Of a DNA stretch of 64,000 bases, positions 28,827 through 38,916 are shown in pieces; positions within the stretch are counted from its first letter, which is position 1, and every line of letters begins with the position of its first letter. The DNA lies in the IMG/VR virus record IMGVR_UViG_3300035183_000373, positions 5,658-69,657 of that record; one strand, 5' to 3'. The notes under the pieces are model-generated. The model saw nothing but the letters and a program-made list of their open reading frames with translations, was not told where the DNA came from and ran no database searches. A program made the position numbers and the translations under genes. This DNA is from a virus.

Positions 28827-29072
28827 TTATATAATATTATATTTTAATTTTTCTAAAAAAATAGAGTGAGTATATACATTATCATTTGCATATTCATACC
28901 CCATACCTATTCCATTACCATTTCTAAATCCATTATATAATCCATCTCCAAATGAAAAGTCTCCATAACCTGTTCCATTACCATGTTTACAATATTTATT
29001 TCCTGTTCCAGATAATATAGGACTAAATTCAATAATATTATTTTTCATATTCATTAATATAATTATTATCAT
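28827..29072 (-). CDS. Gly-X repeat peptide (outlying family member)
   Basis: NIIEF leader (likely start 29048); GNGTGYG and GNGIGMG core. Confidence 0.65.
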   Translation of the reverse strand: MIIIILMNMKNNIIEFSPILSGTGNKYCKHGNGTGYGDFSFGDGLYNGFRNGNGIGMGYEYANDNVYTHSIFLEKLKYNII

Positions 29073-29265
29073 TATTATTTTCTATAGAATTTAATGGATA
29101 ATAAACATTCTTACAATGTAATGTAACACCAACTTCTAATTTTTCAAATAAAGCACATAATTCACCACAATTATTTCTTGAAAATGGACACATTAAATAT
29201 CTACCATTTCGCATTAAAAATCCATCTATTGATAGTGAATATTTATTCATGAAATGATTCTCCAT
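29038..29265 (-). CDS. small Cys-rich hypothetical protein
   Basis: CPF...CGELCALF motif. Confidence 0.6.
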   Translation of the reverse strand: MENHFMNKYSLSIDGFLMRNGRYLMCPFSRNNCGELCALFEKLEVGVTLHCKNVYYPLNSIENNNDNNYINEYEK

Positions 29266-29283
29266 AATAAAGTTATAAAAAAA

Positions 29284-29931
29284 TTAAAAATTCAAACATT
29301 TAGAAATAAAAGGAAAATTCTGTTTAAATATAGATTTTATATTTTCAGCTATCTGTCTATGTTCTAATTGAGTATGTTCATCAGAACGTAATTGTATATA
29401 ATGAATCCATGACCTAACAGAACCAGTCATATAAATTACAGTTTTAGAAGTTAAAGGCAATATAAATCGTGCACATTCTTTTGCTACATTCATATCTATT
29501 AATTTTTTATATGCATCTTGAATTGTTTTTAAAACATTATTAACTATTTCATATGCTATTATTTTATCATCATTTTTTAATTCTTCTGAAGAAGATTGTC
29601 TATTTTTATCAGCTTTATATCTAAGTTGAATCGGTTCAAATTCATTAACAATAGAATATCTTTGAGAAAATTCTTGAAATGAAAATGAACGATGTCTAAT
29701 AATTTGCTGTGCTATAGCCCTACTTGTAGTAATCTCTACAGTCATTGTTACATGTTCAAATGGAGACCAATGTTTATTATCTATAAGATATTTTAATAAA
29801 ACATTAGCAGTTTCAGTATTTAATTGATTTGAAGGATTACTCACACGAGCTATATAGACTATAAATTCTTCTGGAGTTAATTTTTTTTCAGATAAACATG
29901 GACTTGTTATAGCTATAAGTCTTACATTCAT
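29284..29931 (-). CDS. thyX: FAD-dependent thymidylate synthase
   Basis: HWSPFE, RHRSFSFQEFSQRY, ECARFILP, TQLEHR motifs. Confidence 0.95.
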   Translation of the reverse strand: MNVRLIAITSPCLSEKKLTPEEFIVYIARVSNPSNQLNTETANVLLKYLIDNKHWSPFEHVTMTVEITTSRAIAQQIIRHRSFSFQEFSQRYSIVNEFEPIQLRYKADKNRQSSSEELKNDDKIIAYEIVNNVLKTIQDAYKKLIDMNVAKECARFILPLTSKTVIYMTGSVRSWIHYIQLRSDEHTQLEHRQIAENIKSIFKQNFPFISKCLNF

Positions 29932-30131
29932 ATCTTTTTTTTCTCCTGTTTTAACTCCATTTCTAATACTTGCATATTATCTTCAATATATTCTTTAAGT
30001 TCTTTTTGATTATCATCTAGTTGTGTAGTTTCAGTCCATTGACTGTATAACCACAGTAGATAACTAGCTGGTACATTTATTAATTTAGTACCCTTATACT
30101 TGCCAAAAGGCATAATAGAATTATCGTTCAT
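29928..30131 (-). CDS. DUF3820-like small protein
   Basis: MPFGKYKG...VPASYLLW motif. Confidence 0.75.
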   Translation of the reverse strand: MNDNSIMPFGKYKGTKLINVPASYLLWLYSQWTETTQLDDNQKELKEYIEDNMQVLEMELKQEKKKI

Positions 30132-30133
30132 AA

Positions 30134-33100
30134 TTATACTCCAGACTTTATTTCACAAACATCGTTTGAACAGAATTTATCAACGTCAGCTTCAGAACCT
30201 CTAACACGTCCAAAATTAACTTTATTAATATTTTTTATTTTTTCTTTATATTGTTCCTCTGTTATTGCTTCATATGGCATTTGTCTATATGGTTTAGTTG
30301 TATAACGTGGTAAAAATGATATACCTTTTAATTGATATTGGAAATAATTTAATGCATTGGATAATTGATGTCCTTCTTTTTCTGGGTCAAATGTTATAGT
30401 TGCTGACACTTGATTGTCACTCCAATATCTTTGCATAAATGCTGCTAGACATAACTGTTCCCACATAGATACTTCAGATACAGAACGAAGTCCTTCACCA
30501 ACATCTACTGGTATTTCTACAACTACAGTAGATTCTTCTAAACCATAACATGGTTCTATTGTGTATCCTGCTTTTTTTAGAGGTTCTAATAATTTAGAAA
30601 ATTTATTTAATCTTATTCGTCTAATATAAAATCTTGATTCAGGATAATGTATTCCTGGTGTAGCACCAGCAAGTAACGACACTGTATTATGACTTTTTAC
30701 TGCACCAGCATAATACCAATGTGAATTCTCTACTTCTATATCATAGGTATTCATTTCTCCAATTAACGATACACTTTTTACTTTTCCAAGTATTCTATGA
30801 GAAGTTTTTAATTCACAATTCCAAGGTAAATCTGGACGTTTCATATTATAATTTTGCATCTTTACTGAGTGCTTCTTTAATAACATAAAACGTTCAACAT
30901 TAGATTCTGGCATCGAAGTAAGTAACCACATAGATTTTCGTTTTTGCAGATTATATCCTTGTGTATTATGCGACCTACTAAAGACTATACCTACAGCTAA
31001 ACTAATATCTTGTACATGTCTTGCAAATTCTTCATCAGCAGTAGATAATATTACAACATTACTTCTTTCACGAGCACTAACACATCCATCTGCATCTATT
31101 AAACCAGCAATAAATGCTATAATTACCTCAGCACTTCCTTGTCGAATTACTTTAGGAATGAATGATAATTTGTCATTATAATACTTGAACACATCATTAC
31201 GAATAAGCCAATGCCACAAAAATTTAGAACTAATATCTAATGTCCAAGCCTTTCTATGTTGACTTGCTTTATATATTACAGAATCTAATCCAAAATATTC
31301 TTTTACAATATTTTGTGCTTTTTTTAGATTATCCAACCTGCCATCTATAAATCTTATTCTAAATTTACCTGGAGACATAGCACCGTCTCCCCATAAATAA
31401 CCGAAGAACCATGCTAAATCTGGTGTGAGTATTATCGGTTGAAGAATATCTTTAGCGTCTGTTCTCATTTTAAATGAAATAGAATTTAATTCTTTTAAAT
31501 ATACTGGAGAATCTTTATCATAAATACCTGGTACTATTTCTAATATATCTTCTGAAGTTAGTTCGTCTGTTTTTTTCCATGTATTTACGTCATTATATTT
31601 TTTATTTTTGTAATTCTTTTTTACCCACCATAAATGATTACCAGTTGACCTTAATTCTATATTATAACTACATAATATTTTATATACTGGAGTTTTTCCA
31701 TTAACATACGTTTTAACTATTCTCTCTTCAGTATTATTTTCCTGAATAACAGTATATCCTTCACAATTAGACCATATTTCTTTTTCATTATGCTGTTCAA
31801 ATAATTCTTCAAGAGTTAATATACCTTGTTTTGTAGAGGTTAAAGCATCCGATGGCCGACATCCACTTGGTTTTACGCTAGTGGTTTTAATACTTCTTGG
31901 TACAGCTAACCATTCAGAATATATTCCATCCCATTTTTGTATTTCATTATATCCAGCTTCTAACCATTGTCTTAAAGTTTCTATACCATATTTTGTAATA
32001 AATTGAGCTATACCACTTACAGAACATCCTATTCTTCTATTTCTTAAAATAATTCTATTTGTTTCTACCCAATGAGTTTTACCTAAAGTAACTGTTTTAG
32101 CATATAAATATGCATATTTTAAAGTTGTAAGAAAATCTTCTAATGATGAATGTCTATAAGGAAAAGTTTCTACAAGATTGCATAATTCATAGGATTCAAG
32201 TGTTTGCTCTAAACAAGGATTTCCTCCATCTGCACGTCTATCTTTATAATCTGGTCCATTATTCATTCTAGAAAAGTTACGCATGTTTTCTAACCATGCA
32301 AATCCAGGTTCACCATTTATTAAAATTCTTTCACAAACATTTTCGTAATTATCCCCAATTTTTGCAAAAACAGAATTATTACTAGCCCATCCATAACTTT
32401 CTCTATGTGGATTCTTACTATAATTTTTTAAATCTAAATATTCAGTATTATTAATATCACCAAATACTATTTCAGCACTACGCCTAATGTTTCCAGATAC
32501 AACTGCCTTACCAATTAAATTCATTATATCCACAATTGCAGTTACAGATATAGGCTGATTTTTTTCTTTATCTAAAACTTTTTTTATATCATTATGCATA
32601 TCTTCCAATGCTTTATATCCAGAACTTACACCTCCGAATCCACGAATTATTGAACCTGCTGGTCTAATCAATGAATAATCAAATTCTATTGGAGCAGTAC
32701 CTAAAAAATAAGATTCTAATAATAATCTTAATGATTCTACCCATCCCTCTCTTGAATCTGGTATTTGATATACTTCTTTATTTCTTTTTGTATTAGGTCC
32801 TTTAATTATTATTTGTCCAGCTCCAAGAGTATCAAAACCTACTCCAACACCTAACATCGACATATCCATCAAAAATAAAAACGGTTTGGATAAATCTTCT
32901 TTTAAGTTTTTTGTACTAACAAATCCGCAATTATTCAAAGATGCATATAAATTTTTTTCCTCAGTAATTTCACTTCCCATTGCCCATAATCCTCTTCCAG
33001 GTGGGAGAAATTTCATATTAAAGATTCTATCATACATTTGTTGTGCTGACCTTTGAGCTTGCCATGCATTCCAACCACATCCATGAGTTTCTATATGCTT

Positions 33101-33325
33101 TTTCTGCATATTATAAGTACCTTCAACAACTCTTCTACATGTTTCCCACCATTGTTCGTTTTGACAATTGCAATTTTTATAATTATTTTCTTTGCATGAA
33201 GTAGTATGAATTATACGTGAATATGTTTGAAAAAATACTAATTCTCCTAATCCATTAAATCCAAATGGTGGTTTTTTATTTTTATAAGATTCTACAAAAG
33301 AGTCTGAAAGACGAAACTTATCCAT
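30134..33325 (-). CDS. nrdJ: adenosylcobalamin-dependent (class II, monomeric RTPR-type) ribonucleotide reductase with intein
   Basis: PPGRGLW, NNCGF, GNIRRSAE, NPCLEQ...ELCNLVE, KPSG/TVS, C-terminal FCSNDVC. Confidence 0.92.
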   Translation of the reverse strand: MDKFRLSDSFVESYKNKKPPFGFNGLGELVFFQTYSRIIHTTSCKENNYKNCNCQNEQWWETCRRVVEGTYNMQKKHIETHGCGWNAWQAQRSAQQMYDRIFNMKFLPPGRGLWAMGSEITEEKNLYASLNNCGFVSTKNLKEDLSKPFLFLMDMSMLGVGVGFDTLGAGQIIIKGPNTKRNKEVYQIPDSREGWVESLRLLLESYFLGTAPIEFDYSLIRPAGSIIRGFGGVSSGYKALEDMHNDIKKVLDKEKNQPISVTAIVDIMNLIGKAVVSGNIRRSAEIVFGDINNTEYLDLKNYSKNPHRESYGWASNNSVFAKIGDNYENVCERILINGEPGFAWLENMRNFSRMNNGPDYKDRRADGGNPCLEQTLESYELCNLVETFPYRHSSLEDFLTTLKYAYLYAKTVTLGKTHWVETNRIILRNRRIGCSVSGIAQFITKYGIETLRQWLEAGYNEIQKWDGIYSEWLAVPRSIKTTSVKPSGCRPSDALTSTKQGILTLEELFEQHNEKEIWSNCEGYTVIQENNTEERIVKTYVNGKTPVYKILCSYNIELRSTGNHLWWVKKNYKNKKYNDVNTWKKTDELTSEDILEIVPGIYDKDSPVYLKELNSISFKMRTDAKDILQPIILTPDLAWFFGYLWGDGAMSPGKFRIRFIDGRLDNLKKAQNIVKEYFGLDSVIYKASQHRKAWTLDISSKFLWHWLIRNDVFKYYNDKLSFIPKVIRQGSAEVIIAFIAGLIDADGCVSARERSNVVILSTADEEFARHVQDISLAVGIVFSRSHNTQGYNLQKRKSMWLLTSMPESNVERFMLLKKHSVKMQNYNMKRPDLPWNCELKTSHRILGKVKSVSLIGEMNTYDIEVENSHWYYAGAVKSHNTVSLLAGATPGIHYPESRFYIRRIRLNKFSKLLEPLKKAGYTIEPCYGLEESTVVVEIPVDVGEGLRSVSEVSMWEQLCLAAFMQRYWSDNQVSATITFDPEKEGHQLSNALNYFQYQLKGISFLPRYTTKPYRQMPYEAITEEQYKEKIKNINKVNFGRVRGSEADVDKFCSNDVCEIKSGV
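30686..31861 (-). mobile_element. intein with LAGLIDADG homing endonuclease (392 aa)
   Basis: Inserted in KPSG|T: begins CRPSDAL, ends YYAGAVKSHN before Thr; GYLWGDG and IAGLIDADG motifs. Confidence 0.92.
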
Positions 33326-33504
33326 AACAGAAATAACTCCTGAAATTGAATAATTGAGGTGTAAATATATGTAGACGTAATCTAACGAAATTTTAGTTTT
33401 AATTCAAGAATACTCGTAGGAACAATAATTTTACGTATCCATTTTTGTGGAAGTAGTATAATATGTTCGTGCAATCTGGTGATATGTCTGTAAGCATTCT
33501 GCTA

Positions 33505-33951
33505 TTATAGGCCAATAAGTAAAGATATGAGTATGCAAACAATACTTTGAATAATTAAAACTATTCCTTTTATTGGAACATCTTTTTTTCCAGGAATTAA
33601 TCGTGTGAATATACCAACAAATGTCCACCATGCCCAAACAACAGAATCGGAAAGAACTTCGGATTTAATGGCTCCTTTACCAGGCAACCAGTTTGTACCG
33701 AAACCATCTGTTAATTCACATATAAAATAATAAATCCAATCAGCTAACCATCCAAAATATAAAATTAAAAATTGAAAAGCATATATTGGTTTTATAATAA
33801 ACAAATTATAAGAAATCAGTATCCAACTGATATTTTGAATTACACGATAAAAATGTAATGCTAATGTATTTCTATATACAATATTATATGCGAAATAATC
33901 TATAATTCCAAATACTAAAATAATTAACAAAGATAAAATAAAAGTTTCCAT
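33505..33951 (-). CDS. membrane protein
   Basis: Several hydrophobic segments; AGGAG RBS. Confidence 0.7.
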   Translation of the reverse strand: METFILSLLIILVFGIIDYFAYNIVYRNTLALHFYRVIQNISWILISYNLFIIKPIYAFQFLILYFGWLADWIYYFICELTDGFGTNWLPGKGAIKSEVLSDSVVWAWWTFVGIFTRLIPGKKDVPIKGIVLIIQSIVCILISLLIGL

Positions 33952-33974
33952 AAATACTCCTTATTATTAATAAT

Positions 33975-34553
33975 TTATTTTTCCCATCGTTCGTAAATTT
34001 TTCTAACAACACCAAGATTTTCAAAACGTTGCATAACTTCAGCTTGGTCTCCAGAATGAAATGTCTCAGGAGACCATTCGTTAAGTATTTTTTGACATAT
34101 TGGTTTATTTATAGTCATTGCTTGACAAAAATACCAAGTTAATTCAGAACAAATAGGATGTTTTGGTGTACCAAACCAATTTTTTCTTTTACGTACATCT
34201 TTATGAAAAAATACTTCCATAAACCATCTATATACAAACCAAACTACTTGTAGAAAATCATACGTTTTTCCAGCAAAAGTAGTGTAAACATATTGTAACA
34301 CTTCTTCTATATGTTCTTGTGGAATAACCCATTCCCATACTTGATAATCGATTGTTAAATCATTTTCAAATACAGATACTGGTTGTTTATTTACTGTCAT
34401 ATCCGCCCCAAAAAATGACGGTATCCCTAATTCATCTGGAAATATAATAGCTGAATGCGTATATGGTTTTCTAGTAAAAAACCTTTGTGCTGTTGAAAAC
34501 CATCCACCTTTTTTAGAATTAAATAATATTATACTTCCTATTGGGTATTTCAT
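33975..34553 (-). CDS. permuted papain-like amidase (YiiX/YaeF-like)
   Basis: YTHSAII His before GKTYD and ICSEL Cys (permuted order), then WSP. Confidence 0.75.
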   Translation of the reverse strand: MKYPIGSIILFNSKKGGWFSTAQRFFTRKPYTHSAIIFPDELGIPSFFGADMTVNKQPVSVFENDLTIDYQVWEWVIPQEHIEEVLQYVYTTFAGKTYDFLQVVWFVYRWFMEVFFHKDVRKRKNWFGTPKHPICSELTWYFCQAMTINKPICQKILNEWSPETFHSGDQAEVMQRFENLGVVRKIYERWEK

Positions 34554-34571
34554 TTTTTTCTCCTTTATTTG

Positions 34572-35153
34572 TTAGTTTATATACGGTTCCCAAAATTCTG
34601 TTGATTCTAAATTATCAATAAATCCTGATACTAATTCTTTAACTCTTATTTCTATATTTTTTAACATATCTAAAATTTCTTTTGACTTAAAACCTATTTG
34701 TATAAGAGCATTTAATTTTTCTTTAGTATATTCTTCATCATTATCGTCTTCTACTTGTACTATATCATCTAAAACATATTTTATATCTTTATCTTTAGTT
34801 ATACCGTACCATATTCTACGTTTATAAATATCATCAAATGAAAATTGTATATGTAACCATCCACCAGACCTTCCAGCTTGAAATACTGATGATATATCTT
34901 TAAATTCTGATTTTAAATAATCAATAAGATAATCTAATTCAATTGATGCATATTCCCGTATAATATTATCAATGATTTCTGGACTTAATTCTTCTTCTAC
35001 TTCTTCTGGCATATTAAATCTATATATTTTAATATTATATGCTAAATCTCCATTATGGAGATTATCATAATAATAGTTTTTTAATTCATCATACCATTTT
35101 TCATAATTAAGATATTCTAATATATTAGAAAATTTTAAATTTATAGAATTCAT
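34572..35153 (-). CDS. SNIL-module protein (GRSGGW domain)
   Basis: Starts MNSINLKFSNIL; close paralog of the C-terminal half of 36146-37066. Confidence 0.75.
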   Translation of the reverse strand: MNSINLKFSNILEYLNYEKWYDELKNYYYDNLHNGDLAYNIKIYRFNMPEEVEEELSPEIIDNIIREYASIELDYLIDYLKSEFKDISSVFQAGRSGGWLHIQFSFDDIYKRRIWYGITKDKDIKYVLDDIVQVEDDNDEEYTKEKLNALIQIGFKSKEILDMLKNIEIRVKELVSGFIDNLESTEFWEPYIN

Positions 35154-35486
35154 ATTTGACTCTTTTCTAAAATCTGATTTTACTAAATAAACTAAATTTT
35201 TACTTCTATACCAATGTTCTGGTATATAAACTCCACGAGTTTAAGAATTAAGTCTAGTATTCCTTAATACTCTTTCAGGATTTTCATACATTACATCAGA
35301 AAGCATTGCTGAATTAATAAAATATCCTTTTATTTTAGGATTTTCTCCAAGATATAAATAAGGTGATTTATATACTCGTGTATATAAATCTGTAAATTTC
35401 CATACTTGATATGGTGATACAATTTTATCAAAATTTTTTATAAAATCTTTAATATAAAACTTACCTATACTTTCAATAATATTCAT
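35154..35486 (-). pseudogene. N-terminal half of a 36146-37066 paralog interrupted by one in-frame TAA (35241-35243)
   Basis: After the TAA, 29 codons (TRGVYIPEHWYRSKNLVYLVKSDFRKESN) continue in frame into 34572-35153. Confidence 0.65.
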
Positions 35487-35500
35487 ACATTTTATATTTA

Positions 35501-36121
35501 TTATTCATTGCTATATATATCTATATACGGTTCCCAGAATTCCATTGATTCTAAATTATCATGTAAAAGATTAAATCTTTCTTTTATATATTTTTCTATT
35601 TCTTTTGACATATATAACATTTCTTTTGATTCAATCCCTAAATCCATAGGTATATTAAGTCTTTCTTTTTTTTCTTTACTTTCATTAAAAGTATAATCAT
35701 AATTATATTTATATTCTATTATTTTATCAACAATATCGTTAATATCTTCATCGTTAAAAATAGATTCCAAAATTACATCTTTATATCCATATAAGAAAAT
35801 AAATTCTATTTCTAACCAATATCCATTAATTGATATTTTATTTATATCTTTAAATTTTGATTTTAATTCGTAATTCATATTTACTACTTCTTCATAAATA
35901 TTATCGTTTATTATATCATTAATTGCATAACTATTTAATTTATTATTTACTTCTTCAGGTACATTAACATCATATAAATTTTCAATGTAAAATGCTAAAT
36001 TGTTATTATGATAATTATTTTTATTACGTATATAATGATATAATGCATAATACCATCTCTCATAATCAAGATGTTCTAATATATTAGAAAATTTTAAATT
36101 TATAGTGTTAATACTATTCAT
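35501..36121 (-). CDS. SNIL-module protein, diverged paralog
   Basis: MNSINTINLKFSNILEHLDYERW...LESMEFWEPYID. Confidence 0.75.
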   Translation of the reverse strand: MNSINTINLKFSNILEHLDYERWYYALYHYIRNKNNYHNNNLAFYIENLYDVNVPEEVNNKLNSYAINDIINDNIYEEVVNMNYELKSKFKDINKISINGYWLEIEFIFLYGYKDVILESIFNDEDINDIVDKIIEYKYNYDYTFNESKEKKERLNIPMDLGIESKEMLYMSKEIEKYIKERFNLLHDNLESMEFWEPYIDIYSNE

Positions 36122-36145
36122 ATATTTTATATTTACTATTTATTG

Positions 36146-37066
36146 TTATGTGTCTATATACTGTTGCCAGAATTCCATTGATTCTAAATCGTCAATAAAT
36201 CCTGATACTAATTCTTTAACTCTTATTTCTATATTTTTTAACATATCTAAAATTTCTTTTGACTTAAAACCTATTTGAGTAAGAACGTTTAATTTTTCTT
36301 TAACATATTCTTCATCACTATCATCATCTTCTTCTTGTATTATATTATATAAAGCATGTTCTATATCTTCATCTTCAGTTACAGCATCCCATATGTAATA
36401 TTTATAAGTATCATCAAATGAAAATTGTATATGTAACCATCCACCAGATCTTCCAGCTTGAAATACTGATGATATATCTTTAAATTCTGATTTTAAATAA
36501 TCAATAAAATCTTCTAATGCCCATCCTGCTGTACTCCATATAATATTATCAATGGCTTGTGGACTTAATTTTTCTTCTACTTCTTCTGGTATATTAAGTC
36601 TATGTATTTTAATATTATATGCTAAATCTCCATCATGAAGATTATCATAATAATAATCTTTTAATTCATTATACCATCTCTCATAATTAAGATGTTCTAA
36701 TATATTAGAAAATTTTAAATTTATAGAATTCGTATTTGATTCTTTTCTAAAATCTGATTTTACTAAATAAACTAAATTTTTACTTCTTAGCCAAGAATCT
36801 GGTATAGATACTTGAGAATTTAATTTAGTATATGTTAATACTTTTTCTGGATTTTCATTTTCTGAATTAGAAGCTATTACTGAGTTCATAAAACTATCTA
36901 CTCTTTTAGGATTTTCACCAATATAAATATATATGTAATGATTAATTCCATGCTTTTGTAACCCTGGATTTATAAATTTCCATACTTGATATGGTGATAC
37001 AATTTTATCAAAATTTTTTATAAAATCTTTTAAAGAAATCTGACCTATGAAGTTAATAATATTCAT
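36146..37066 (-). CDS. two-module protein (YQVWKF domain plus GRSGGW domain) joined at LKFSNIL
   Basis: Both halves have paralogs elsewhere in the window. Confidence 0.8.
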   Translation of the reverse strand: MNIINFIGQISLKDFIKNFDKIVSPYQVWKFINPGLQKHGINHYIYIYIGENPKRVDSFMNSVIASNSENENPEKVLTYTKLNSQVSIPDSWLRSKNLVYLVKSDFRKESNTNSINLKFSNILEHLNYERWYNELKDYYYDNLHDGDLAYNIKIHRLNIPEEVEEKLSPQAIDNIIWSTAGWALEDFIDYLKSEFKDISSVFQAGRSGGWLHIQFSFDDTYKYYIWDAVTEDEDIEHALYNIIQEEDDDSDEEYVKEKLNVLTQIGFKSKEILDMLKNIEIRVKELVSGFIDDLESMEFWQQYIDT

Positions 37067-38916
37067 AAACTTTTATATAATTGCTCAAATTTTATATTTC
37101 TCCAGTTATCTTTTCTAGGAGTACCTACAGAAATAGAATCTTCTACAACTACATCTTCAAGATTATATCCAAACACACCGTAGACAAAACCATTATATTC
37201 GTCTAATTCTGTAATTCTAACAAATCTTCTAACATCTTGACCTTGAAATTTTCCTTCTCCGTTTCTAATGTATGACCAAATTTGATTTTTTTTAGCATAT
37301 CTAAAAAATTCATCAATATCAAAATAATTATTAGATAAATTACTAAAATCAAAATCAAAACTACTAACCTTTAATTTACCTTCCCACGGTATTCTATTCA
37401 AAACTATACCTTCATACGTAGCTTCCATAGGTTCATCATCCATTTTGTAATATTTTCCATCTGAAGATTCAACATATAAAGCTGAATAAAGTTTATTATA
37501 TTCTTTATGTAATTTCATTTTATTTTCGTATGATATTCCTGTATTAAAAGGAGACCTTTCGTATCTACGATACCTATGTATAACTTTTAATGGAATTCCA
37601 GCAAAATTTAAAAATCTATTCATCATTTCTTTAGTATACTTTGTATACCAACCACCAGTATTAAGTTCTAATTTATTAGGATAAAATTTAATTATAGGAG
37701 TTTCATGATATATTATATTTATAGAATTTAATATTGGGTCAAATTTTATTTTTATACCAGTTACTCCAGCATTTATTTTTTGTCTAATCTTGTATTTAGA
37801 TGGTTCATTAGGTAAATCTCCTAATGGTTCATAAGAAAAGAAACTATTAAATATTTGTGAATATGTAATATGACTATTATTTAATATACTATCTAATTTA
37901 AAAAGTTCTAATATATTAGAAAATTTAAGTAATTGTAAATCATATGTATTATAATTTTGTTTTCTAAAATTAGGATAATCTAATTGTTCTCTTATAGGTT
38001 GTGCAACTGGAGAAATATAACCAACATCATATGAATCTACTTTTATTAAATCTTTTATTTCATCAAATGATAATCTTAATTCCATTAATTGATTTTTATG
38101 TATTGGATTATACACACCAAAAATAAGAATACTATTTCTACGGTCTATACTATTTAAGAATAAATAACAATTTAATAAGTAATTATCTAAATTATTATAT
38201 TTATATATAATATATTGTTTAGTATCTGGTAATAAATGTGAATCAATAAATTCAAGCATCTTATTATATAATTTAGAATCTGGTACTATTACGAAGCTAT
38301 CGCCAATTGTAATTATAGATGATTCTTGAACTCCATTGCTAATAATAGTTTTTGATTTATTGCCACGCATTACTTCAGATGGTTGTTCCAATTGCCCGTA
38401 TATTTTATTTTTCATAAAACAAAACTCGTTTATATTAGATAATTTATTCATATATAATAAATCATCTTTTGCTTTATTTCTCAATTCTGATTCATTAAAA
38501 GAATATAACTTATTACAATTAGCAAGTTCTTCTGAATAACTAATAGATAAAGATACTCTAGCACCTATCTCATAATCAAGTGATGTTTTAAGTTTAACAC
38601 TAGCTAGTCCAGCTGCTTCTACAGCATATGAAACTGCTTCAGCAGGGTTATTAATTTCCATTAAATCAGAATCTGCTAATCTACGTATTAGAGTTGCAGT
38701 ATTCATAAGTTGTCCATATTTTACAGATTCTGGATTTTTAAGCCATCGTTTAACTAAATTAATAGCCGACCGTAGTGATTTATCATTCGGTCTTTCCTTT
38801 TCATATGCAGGAATTATTTTTTCAGCACAATAAATTGCTGTTAATATATCTACCAATATATCACTTGGTACTTCTTTAGGTATTACGTTTAATATATTTG
38901 AAAAACTTAAATTCAT
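37063..38916 (-). CDS. multi-module protein (Imm5-like, MCP-motif module, TGGW domain)
   Basis: FSNIL twice; CAEKIIPAYEKERPNDKSLRSAI (Imm5-like); PIREQLDY; YHETPII...LNTGGWYTKYTKEMMN. Confidence 0.75.
   Translation of the reverse strand: MNLSFSNILNVIPKEVPSDILVDILTAIYCAEKIIPAYEKERPNDKSLRSAINLVKRWLKNPESVKYGQLMNTATLIRRLADSDLMEINNPAEAVSYAVEAAGLASVKLKTSLDYEIGARVSLSISYSEELANCNKLYSFNESELRNKAKDDLLYMNKLSNINEFCFMKNKIYGQLEQPSEVMRGNKSKTIISNGVQESSIITIGDSFVIVPDSKLYNKMLEFIDSHLLPDTKQYIIYKYNNLDNYLLNCYLFLNSIDRRNSILIFGVYNPIHKNQLMELRLSFDEIKDLIKVDSYDVGYISPVAQPIREQLDYPNFRKQNYNTYDLQLLKFSNILELFKLDSILNNSHITYSQIFNSFFSYEPLGDLPNEPSKYKIRQKINAGVTGIKIKFDPILNSINIIYHETPIIKFYPNKLELNTGGWYTKYTKEMMNRFLNFAGIPLKVIHRYRRYERSPFNTGISYENKMKLHKEYNKLYSALYVESSDGKYYKMDDEPMEATYEGIVLNRIPWEGKLKVSSFDFDFSNLSNNYFDIDEFFRYAKKNQIWSYIRNGEGKFQGQDVRRFVRITELDEYNGFVYGVFGYNLEDVVVEDSISVGTPRKDNWRNIKFEQLYKSL

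Noticed and set aside
35241-35243. Genome-wide stop-codon reassignment
   Set aside because: TAA terminates most genes and long ORFs are intact in the standard code; this is an isolated case.
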